Sequence record: MG962366.1
Source of the DNA: Rhodococcus phage Finch
Strand: one strand, 5' to 3'
Length of the DNA stretch: 32,000 nucleotides
The notes under the pieces are model-generated. The model worked only from the letters and a program-made list of their open reading frames with translations. It did not search any database and was not told the origin of the DNA. Of the stretch, positions 16,059-22,987 are shown one piece after another. Position 1 is the stretch's first letter. Each line of letters starts with the position of its first letter. The position numbers were made by a program, and so were the translations under genes.

Positions 16059-16999
16059 TTCCCGCACCCCGCAACGCCCTGGTGTCGTACCACTATTACA
16101 AGCGGTACGACCTCAACAAGTTCGCCAACCTCCGGCTCATCGGCGACTCCGGTGCCTTCTCCGCCGCCTCGCAGGGTGCCACCATCACCACGGCCGAACT
16201 CGCCGAGTGGGGTCACAAGTGGAAGCACCGCCTGGCATGGCTGGCATCGTTGGACGTGATCGGCAATCCCGAGGCCACGAAACACAATTGGCTCGACATG
16301 CGCCGCAACTACGACCTCGACGCCGTACCCACGCTGCACTTCGGCGGCGACCCCAAGGTCATGGACTACTACGCCGACCAGGGCGTGGACTTCATGGGCC
16401 TCGGCGGCATGGTGGGTCACAAGTCGTCCAAGGCCAAGGTCATGCGCTGGCTGGTCCAGATTTTCAAGTACCAGCAGGCCAACCATCCCGACATGAGATT
16501 CCACGGGTGGGGCGTGACGGCCAACGAGCTTCTGCGCGTGCCGTTCTTCTCGGTGGACAGCTCGGGGTGGGGTTCGGGCTACCGCTACGGACGGATGACC
16601 CTGCGCGACCCCCGAACCAACAAGCCGCTGGTCATCGCCATGAACGGCAAGGAGGCGTACGAGCCGCTCAAGGCCCGTCTGCTCTCCCGGCACTACGGGG
16701 TTGCACCGTCCGAGGTAGCCACCTCCGGCGGGCACAATCGCAAGCTCATCGTCCAGCTGTCCGCGCTGTCTGCCAGCGTCCAGGAGCAACACTTCCGCCG
16801 GATGCACGGCACTGTGACGGCCCCGAAGTGGGGCATCAACGTCCAGCCCGACGGCCCGCACATGCACCTGGTGGACGGCAGCTCCGAACACCTGCGCGTG
16901 CTCAACGATTTCGTCGGCCCCAATCTCCATCTGGCCGATACCGATCCGGGAGCCCTCGCCGTCGTCGAAGCCCTCAATGCTGGCACCACCAGCAAGTAG
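16055..16999 (+). CDS. dpdA: DpdA/TGT-like DNA deazaguanine transglycosylase
   Basis: LIGDSGAFSAASQG...WLASLDVIGNPEATKHN...VPTLHFGG...YYADQGVDFMGLGGMVG...FHGWGVT...VPFFSVDSSGW: TIM-barrel TGT-superfamily motifs typical of phage DpdA; genomic linkage to preQ0 genes. Confidence 0.85.
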   Translation: MIPAPRNALVSYHYYKRYDLNKFANLRLIGDSGAFSAASQGATITTAELAEWGHKWKHRLAWLASLDVIGNPEATKHNWLDMRRNYDLDAVPTLHFGGDPKVMDYYADQGVDFMGLGGMVGHKSSKAKVMRWLVQIFKYQQANHPDMRFHGWGVTANELLRVPFFSVDSSGWGSGYRYGRMTLRDPRTNKPLVIAMNGKEAYEPLKARLLSRHYGVAPSEVATSGGHNRKLIVQLSALSASVQEQHFRRMHGTVTAPKWGINVQPDGPHMHLVDGSSEHLRVLNDFVGPNLHLADTDPGALAVVEALNAGTTSK

Positions 17000-17054
17000 G
17001 TGCTTAGATGATGCCCACAACACAACATCGCGTTTTACCTGGAAGGTCACTCCA

Positions 17055-17744
17055 TTGAAAAAACCATCTGCTGTCTTGCTGTCCGGTGGCATGGATTCAT
17101 CCACCGCTCTCGCCTACGCCAGCCAGGGCGTGGCGGACGCCCGGTGCAATATGCTCGCCATCTTCGTCGACTACGGTCAGCGCCACATCGTGGAGCGCAA
17201 GAGCGCCGAGCGCATTGCTGACTTCTACGGGGTCACACTGATCACGTTGGACCTCACCAGTTTCGGGGCCTCGGTCAAGTCCGCCCTGACTTCGGACATC
17301 GCCGTCCCGCACGGCCACTACGCCGAAGACAACATGGCCCTGACCGTGGTGCCCAATCGCAACGCCACCATGCTCTCGGCTGCCGCCGGTATCGCCTCCA
17401 GTCGCGGCCTGACCTCGCTCTACACGGCGGTACACGCCGGAGATCACGCGGTGTACGCGGACTGCCGTCCCGACTTCATCGAGGCCCTCTCGGTCGCCAC
17501 CGATCTGGCGTGTGGAGTGACCATCGAGGCCCCGTTCGTCGACAAGTCGAAGGCGGACATCGCCGGTATCGGCGACAAGCTCGACGTGCCGTACGAGTAC
17601 ACCTGGAGCTGCTACGAAGGTGGCGAGAAGCATTGTGGCCGTTGCGGAACCTGCGTGGAGCGGGCCGAGGCATTCCACCTCGCCGGAGTCAAGGACCCCA
17701 CCGACTACGTGGACGCCAACTACTGGAAAGAGTTCCTGAAGTGA
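17055..17744 (+). CDS. queC: 7-cyano-7-deazaguanine (preQ0) synthase QueC
   Basis: AVLLSGGMDSSTAL (PP-loop); VDYGQRH; VPNRNATMLS; CYEGGEKHCGRCGTCVERAEAF zinc motif. Likely TTG start at 17055 behind ggaagg. Confidence 0.95.
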   Translation: MKKPSAVLLSGGMDSSTALAYASQGVADARCNMLAIFVDYGQRHIVERKSAERIADFYGVTLITLDLTSFGASVKSALTSDIAVPHGHYAEDNMALTVVPNRNATMLSAAAGIASSRGLTSLYTAVHAGDHAVYADCRPDFIEALSVATDLACGVTIEAPFVDKSKADIAGIGDKLDVPYEYTWSCYEGGEKHCGRCGTCVERAEAFHLAGVKDPTDYVDANYWKEFLK

Positions 17745-18154
17745 TCACCGTTACCGTCAAGCACCACTTCTCCGCCGGTCACCGCATCCCCGGCCTACCC
17801 GGTCCGGGTGGCAAGTGCACCAACCTGCACGGCCACACGTTCGGTGTCGAGTGGACCTTCCGCACGGATTCCGTTCTGGTGGAAGGCATCGAGTTCGCCG
17901 CCGTCAAGAAGGTGCTGCGCGACTGGGTGAACACCAACCTGGACCACGGCTACATCCTGGGCGTGGACGACACCGTGGTGATCTCGTTCCTGGAGGAGTT
18001 GGGCTCCAAGCACTACCTGCTCTCCACCCCGCCGACCACCGAGGCCATTGCCAGCGAAATCGCCACGGCCACAATGGTGCTGCTGCCCAACGACGACCTG
18101 GTATCGGTCCTGGTCACCGAGGGTCCGCACAACGAGGCTCGGTGGAGCAAGTGA
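17741..18154 (+). CDS. queD: 6-carboxy-5,6,7,8-tetrahydropterin synthase QueD
   Basis: HHFSAGHRIPG...CTNLHGHTFGVEWTF...NLDHGYIL...PPTTEAIASEI; GTG start overlapping QueC stop. Confidence 0.9.
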   Translation: MITVTVKHHFSAGHRIPGLPGPGGKCTNLHGHTFGVEWTFRTDSVLVEGIEFAAVKKVLRDWVNTNLDHGYILGVDDTVVISFLEELGSKHYLLSTPPTTEAIASEIATATMVLLPNDDLVSVLVTEGPHNEARWSK

Positions 18155-18873
18155 GGGACACTCTGCCGGTATCGGAGCAGTTCGGGCCGACGATCCAGGG
18201 CGAGGGGCCGTACGCCGGTCGCTCCGTCCAGTTCCTCCGGCTCGGTCTGTGCAACCTCGCCTGCTCGTGGTGCGACACCCCGTACACCTGGGACGCCACC
18301 CGCTTCGACCTCAAGGTCGAGCTCAAGCAGACCAGTGTGGAAGACATCCTGGAGCGGGCGATCCCCGGTATCCCGATGGTCATTTCCGGCGGTGAGCCGC
18401 TGCTCCACCAGGGCCGTCCCGACTGGGCCGACCTGCTGATCGGCCTGACGGACAAGGGGTGTGAGGTACACCTGGAGACGAACGGCACCATCCTGCCCAA
18501 CGTCGCCACCCAGCGGTACGCCACCTTCGCCTCTGTCTCGCCCAAGTTGCCTCACGCCGGAGTGCATCGCAAGGGCCAGAAGCCCGCCATGCACCACTCC
18601 TGGGGTCACCTCGCCTCGCACGGAACCACGGCACTCGCTGGCAAGTCGATCCTCAAGTTCGTGGTGGAGACCGCGGCTGATGTGGACGCCTCGCTGGAGT
18701 ACGCCAAGGAACACGAATGGCCGCTGGAGCGCGTGTGGGTCATGCCCGAAGGCACCAGCACCGAACAGCTCCAGGCCAAGTGGCCGGAGGTCGCCAAGCG
18801 CGCGGCCGAACTACACATCAACGCAACGCACCGCATTCACGTCTTGGCGTGGGGCGACACGAAGGGAACGTAA
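18151..18873 (+). CDS. queE: 7-carboxy-7-deazaguanine synthase QueE (radical SAM)
   Basis: TIQGEGPYAGRSVQFLRLGLCNLACSWCDTPYTWD with CxxxCxxC; VISGGEPLLH; HLETNGT; GTG start overlapping QueD stop. Confidence 0.95.
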   Translation: MRDTLPVSEQFGPTIQGEGPYAGRSVQFLRLGLCNLACSWCDTPYTWDATRFDLKVELKQTSVEDILERAIPGIPMVISGGEPLLHQGRPDWADLLIGLTDKGCEVHLETNGTILPNVATQRYATFASVSPKLPHAGVHRKGQKPAMHHSWGHLASHGTTALAGKSILKFVVETAADVDASLEYAKEHEWPLERVWVMPEGTSTEQLQAKWPEVAKRAAELHINATHRIHVLAWGDTKGT

Positions 18874-19437
18874 ATGCCAATCGACCTCGCAGGTGCAGAG
18901 AAGGCCATCGGAGACCTCCTCGACTCGTTCGACATCATCAAGGACGACCACACCAACAAGACCCCGTTCCGTTCGGCCAAGGCGTGGGCGGACGTGCTGT
19001 GTGGTTACACCGAGGACCCCTCGGCCCACCTCGACACCACCTTCTCGGCACCGGATGACCCCGGACTGGTGATCGTGTCCGGTATCGACCTCAAGTCGAC
19101 GTGTGCTCACCACCTGCTGCCGTTCTGCGGGCGAGCCACCGTGGCATACCGGCCGAGCCCCGGTCAGGCCGTGGTGGGGCTGTCCAAGCTGTCCCGAGTC
19201 ATCCACGGCTTCGCCCGCCGTCTCCAGGTACAGGAGAACATCGGTGCCCAGACGGTGGAGGCCATCCACAACAAGCTCAACCCCTCGGGCGTGGCGGTGT
19301 TCATCACGGCCACCCACGACTGCATGAGATTGCGCGGCGTGGGCGAGCCCGAAGCCACCACCACCACGGTCGCGCGCCAGGGCCTACTCACCGACGACGA
19401 GATGGCCACCATCCGCGATGCCCACTTCCGCCAATGA
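18874..19437 (+). CDS. folE: GTP cyclohydrolase I FolE
   Basis: TPFRSAKAWADVLCGY...STCAHHLLPFCGRATVAYRP...VVGLSKLSRVIHGFARRLQVQENIGAQTVEAI...ATHDCMRLRGV. Confidence 0.95.
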   Translation: MPIDLAGAEKAIGDLLDSFDIIKDDHTNKTPFRSAKAWADVLCGYTEDPSAHLDTTFSAPDDPGLVIVSGIDLKSTCAHHLLPFCGRATVAYRPSPGQAVVGLSKLSRVIHGFARRLQVQENIGAQTVEAIHNKLNPSGVAVFITATHDCMRLRGVGEPEATTTTVARQGLLTDDEMATIRDAHFRQ

Positions 19438-19586
19438 AGTCGTGGTGGCGTCGGGCCGGGACAGCCCTCCTTGAAGGACTGATCCGCTCCAGCGCGTGGT
19501 ACTCGCGAGACCCCCAGGTCATCGTCATGCTGGCCGAACAACGAGAGCAGGAGCGCAAGGATGAGCAGCAACGACGGGCTGAGTGA
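19434..19586 (+). CDS. small hypothetical protein (MKSWWRRAGTALLEGLIRSSAWYSRDPQ...)
   Basis: ATGA overlap with folE stop; overlaps start of next gene. Confidence 0.5.
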   Translation: MKSWWRRAGTALLEGLIRSSAWYSRDPQVIVMLAEQREQERKDEQQRRAE

Positions 19587-20004
19587 GAACGGACGCAAGG
19601 TTCTCGCCCTGGCTCAGGCTGCTCTTCCGGCCTCCCAGATCGCCGAACGTGTCGACCTGACACCGGAAGAAGTTCGCAACGAACTGGAGGCCCTGCTCTC
19701 CAACCGCCACCCTGGTATCACCGGCGAAGCGGCCCTTGAGCTGGAGCGCATGGACACACTCATCCGTGCGATCTGGGTCAAGGCCGTGGCCGGTGAGCCC
19801 TCGGCGGTCAGCTCGGTAACCTCCCTGATGGCTCGGCGCAAGAAGCTGCTCCACGAGGCCGAGACCCGCGAGTCCCGCAAGACGCCAGCGGCCCAGCTCA
19901 CGGGGTCGCTACAGCAACTTCTGGACAAAACTTTGTCCCGCTGTAACGACATCGAGTTCGCGAACGACATACCGGGTGAAGACACCAACCCCACCAAGGA
20001 GTAG
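19561..20004 (+). CDS. helix-turn-helix protein, possibly terminase small subunit-like
   Basis: LSENGRKVLALAQAALPASQIAERVDLTPEEVRNELEALL (HTH) followed by LERMDTLIRAIWVKAVAGEPSAVSSVTSLMARRKKLL, a pattern seen in small-terminase-like proteins. Confidence 0.6.
   Translation: MSSNDGLSENGRKVLALAQAALPASQIAERVDLTPEEVRNELEALLSNRHPGITGEAALELERMDTLIRAIWVKAVAGEPSAVSSVTSLMARRKKLLHEAETRESRKTPAAQLTGSLQQLLDKTLSRCNDIEFANDIPGEDTNPTKE
19942..19982 (+). promoter_or_regulatory. Promoter-like element 10: TGTAACG-N17-GACATAC-CGG-GTGAAGA
   Basis: Embedded in 3' end of CDS 19561-20004; 25 nt upstream of CDS 20007. Confidence 0.75.
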
Positions 20005-20006
20005 CA

Positions 20007-20402
20007 ATGGCTGACATCAACGACGAGCTCGACGATCCGACCGGGCTCACCGACCGCGAGGTCAAGTCCCTCCCCGTCTGGGCTCAGGACCGGCTGGTCG
20101 ACCTCCGTCGTGCCCTGGCCACTGCCACCGAGAAGTACGACGACCAGTTCGACTCCCAGACTCCCACTCGTGTGATCTACGGGGACGTGTACAACAACCC
20201 CCGCTACCTCCCCGACAACGGCACCGCACGAGTTCGCATCGGCGTCAAGGACTCCAACGGAGAAGACTCCTGGGTTGACTTCGCTCGACGAGTGCCGGTG
20301 GACAAGGATCAGCGCGAGTACGCCGAAATCGTCTGCATGGGCACCATGCACCTCTCGCCCCAGGCGTCCAACGTCATCCGCGTCTACCCCGCCGGACGCT
20401 AA
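20007..20402 (+). CDS. hypothetical protein
   Basis: aaggag RBS, ATG. Confidence 0.8.
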   Translation: MADINDELDDPTGLTDREVKSLPVWAQDRLVDLRRALATATEKYDDQFDSQTPTRVIYGDVYNNPRYLPDNGTARVRIGVKDSNGEDSWVDFARRVPVDKDQREYAEIVCMGTMHLSPQASNVIRVYPAGR

Positions 20403-20438
20403 CCAACCACCCCCAGAATCCCGACCAGAGGAATAGAA

Positions 20439-21290
20439 ATGTCGCACTTTTCCGTCATGTTGTTCATCGACGTAGCCAAGGGTCAGCGCATGACCGACGA
20501 ACTACTCAGCGCCAAGATCAACACAGCCCTCGCCCCGTACGACGAGAACATGGAGGTTCCCGAGTACATCGACGAGGTGGTCACGCTCGACAGGGTTGCC
20601 GAGATACGGGAGCAGTTCCCCGAGGATTACGAGGGCATGGACGACCTCGCGGTGATGAACGAGTACCACGGTCGTGACAACTGCCGTGTCGACGACACCG
20701 GCAACATCGTCGTCCTGACCACCTACAACCCCGACTCCAAGTGGGACTGGTGGCAGATCGGTGGCCGCTTCGGTGGCTTGCTGTCCAAGTCGGGCGTCGA
20801 GGTCTCCCAGGGGTGGATCAAAGACCTCGACATGGAGACGGCCCGAAAGCAGGCTCGCCAGTCGGCAGAGCAGGAGTACGACGCCTTCGAGGAGGCCGTC
20901 AAGGGCCTGGAGGTCCCGGACGACTGGGATACGGTCCGGGAGCGCTGGGGCAAGGACAACATCGACCAGGCTCGGGCGGAGTACCAGAACACCGAGTTCA
21001 ACCTGGCCGTCGGCGAGAAGCTGAAGCGTTACTTCTGGTTGTCCAACCCGCACGAGGTGTTCTTCGTCAACAAGGGTGGGCGTGAGGCCTACGTTGCCGA
21101 CGCTGTTGGCCGCGTTGGCTGCTCGTACGCGGTCATCACCACCGAGGGCGAATACAAGGCGCGCGGTGACATGGGCTGGTTCGGCATGTCGTCCAACGAG
21201 TCCGACACCTGGCGCGAGGACTACTGGACGTACTTCAACAGCCTGGACCCGGAGAGCACCTACTGGGTCCTGCTCGACATGCACATCTGA
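20439..21290 (+). CDS. conserved phage protein of unknown function (YNPDSKWDWWQIGGRFGG motif)
   Basis: Motif KWDWWxxGGR recurrent in large phage hypothetical proteins; good RBS (agagg). Confidence 0.85.
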   Translation: MSHFSVMLFIDVAKGQRMTDELLSAKINTALAPYDENMEVPEYIDEVVTLDRVAEIREQFPEDYEGMDDLAVMNEYHGRDNCRVDDTGNIVVLTTYNPDSKWDWWQIGGRFGGLLSKSGVEVSQGWIKDLDMETARKQARQSAEQEYDAFEEAVKGLEVPDDWDTVRERWGKDNIDQARAEYQNTEFNLAVGEKLKRYFWLSNPHEVFFVNKGGREAYVADAVGRVGCSYAVITTEGEYKARGDMGWFGMSSNESDTWREDYWTYFNSLDPESTYWVLLDMHI

Positions 21291-21358
21291 TTCGACGACC
21301 TCGCTCGGTGCCGGTGGATATGATCGCCGGTACCGAGCCCTTCTGCCCACGGAGATAC

Positions 21359-21700
21359 ATGAGTCCCTCCCGCAAGGTGGTGCACCGGCAACGTCGGAAT
21401 GAGGTTGTCGTTGAACGAGCTATTCGATGCGCTGAGATTGTGCGCTTTTTGTCTTCTGTTGCCGAGGAGCTGGAGGGACTGGCTGACAGCTCGCGAGCGG
21501 GCGAGGTGGATCGCAAGGTCGACGCCGCGCACGCTGCCCTATCGTCGGCATCAGCATCCGTGGCTGAGCTTGCCAACATCTACACCCGCGATGTCGTCAC
21601 GCTATTCGAGGGTGCCGACTGCCTGGCTGTTCGCGCCGCGATACTCTCGGCAAAGTCCGCACGTTACGAGGCCAAAGAACTGATGAAAAGGACCGCCTGA
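21359..21700 (+). CDS. hypothetical helical protein
   Basis: ggagat RBS-like before ATG 21359; TGATG overlap with next gene. Confidence 0.65.
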   Translation: MSPSRKVVHRQRRNEVVVERAIRCAEIVRFLSSVAEELEGLADSSRAGEVDRKVDAAHAALSSASASVAELANIYTRDVVTLFEGADCLAVRAAILSAKSARYEAKELMKRTA

Positions 21701-22215
21701 TGCCCCTAATTTCAGCCGACGCCGAACAAGCGAAATCCACCGGCGGCATGGTTTGCCTGTACCCCAGTCGGGAGTACCAGGAGATTCTCGCCATCGAGGG
21801 CAAGGAACCGGTGGACGACATTCACCTCACCCTGGCGTACTTCGGTGAGGACGTGTCGGAGCTGACTCCGTACATGGCTCAGCGCACCCTCGACGACGTT
21901 GCCCAGTGGCTCGGCCCGCAGCAGGCCCGCGTGTTCGCACACGCCACGTTCAACCCCGACGAGTACGCGGGCCGGGAGACGTGCGGCGTGTACCTGGTGG
22001 GCGACAACGACCTGCTCCAAACCGTGCAAGCCGACATCGTTCGCGAGGTCGATGCCATGTACGACCTACCCCGGCAGCATTCGCCGTGGGTTCCACATCT
22101 GACGGCGGGCTATGGCCTGACCGCAGCCGATCTCTCGTACGTGGGAGATGTGGTGTTCGACCGGTTGGCCCTCGAATGGGGACCAGCCAGCTTCCAGTAC
22201 CAGCTCAACGACTGA
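21700..22215 (+). CDS. 2H phosphoesterase-like (2'-5' RNA ligase superfamily) protein
   Basis: Two HxT motifs in correct context: IHLTLAYFGE and WVPHLTAGYGL, ~110 aa apart. Confidence 0.8.
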   Translation: MPLISADAEQAKSTGGMVCLYPSREYQEILAIEGKEPVDDIHLTLAYFGEDVSELTPYMAQRTLDDVAQWLGPQQARVFAHATFNPDEYAGRETCGVYLVGDNDLLQTVQADIVREVDAMYDLPRQHSPWVPHLTAGYGLTAADLSYVGDVVFDRLALEWGPASFQYQLND

Positions 22216-22237
22216 ACGACCAAGGAGAAGTCCACAC

Positions 22238-22897
22238 ATGACCAGCCCCCAGACCACCCCTTTCGGCGCGTGGCCCAACGCGAAGGCGTTCTCCAGCAAC
22301 GAGCGGCCTCTGGCCATCAGCTCCGACCTGTCCGAGCTCTTGCAGTACGCCAGCAACCTCCACCCCAAGGCACAGAACCTCTTCTTTGCCACCACCTGGC
22401 TGAGCGAACCCAACAGCCCGGACACTCACGCCTTCTGGGTGCCGCGCCTGATGGGCAACGCCAAAAAGGGCGTTCGGGACATCAACCAGCGCCAGGCCGA
22501 CCGGTACGCCTCGGCTCGCCGCAAGGCGTCGTACAAGATCCCCTACTACGACGACAAGCGCGAGGTGGGGTTCTACGACCTCGACGGCGTGCCTGCAATC
22601 ACCACGCTGGAGGGATGCAACATCGAGGTGTTGAAGTCCTTCTACTACAACGACCTTCCGCCGATTCGCCCCGACGGCTCGGTCATCGAGAGCTACGAGC
22701 TCCTGGAAGCCACCGCCCGAGTGGTGGAGGAGCCCGACACCGTGACCATTCCGGCTGAGGAGCCGGGTCGCGTCGTGGACTCGCTGGAGCTGGTGCTGAA
22801 CGTCGGCCCGGAGACCGCCGTGGCGCTGCGCGATACGTTCGCGGCAATCATGGAAGGCAAGAAGGTTACGATTCAGACCAGTTCATCAGTGAGCTGA
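22238..22897 (+). CDS. hypothetical protein (MTSPQTTPFGAWPNAKAFSSNERPLAISSDLSEL...)
   Basis: caaggag RBS; followed by terminator. Confidence 0.8.
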   Translation: MTSPQTTPFGAWPNAKAFSSNERPLAISSDLSELLQYASNLHPKAQNLFFATTWLSEPNSPDTHAFWVPRLMGNAKKGVRDINQRQADRYASARRKASYKIPYYDDKREVGFYDLDGVPAITTLEGCNIEVLKSFYYNDLPPIRPDGSVIESYELLEATARVVEEPDTVTIPAEEPGRVVDSLELVLNVGPETAVALRDTFAAIMEGKKVTIQTSSSVS

Positions 22898-22924
22898 CCT
22901 TCACGTCTGCCGCTCCACACTGGG

Positions 22925-22966
22925 AAAGCCCTGCTGGACTCACTTAAGAGGTAGCAGGGCTTTTCC
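22925..22966 (+). terminator. Intrinsic terminator before tail fibre gene
   Basis: AAAGCCCTGCT-N17-AGCAGGGCTTTT. Confidence 0.9.
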
Positions 22967-22987
22967 GTGTTGTGAGGGAGTGGTGTC

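Noticed and set aside
17007-17054. preQ1/preQ0 riboswitch upstream of queC
   Set aside because: The 48 nt leader is too short and lacks a recognisable H-type pseudoknot pattern.
15935-17104. 389 aa minus-strand ORF
   Set aside because: Antisense to dpdA with no domain signal; whole region is + strand coding.
1015-19982. Interpreting the ten elements as L5-type repressor stoperators
   Set aside because: All copies are same-strand, upstream of genes and have promoter-like bipartite spacing; stoperators are short single boxes often in either context. Not fully excluded.
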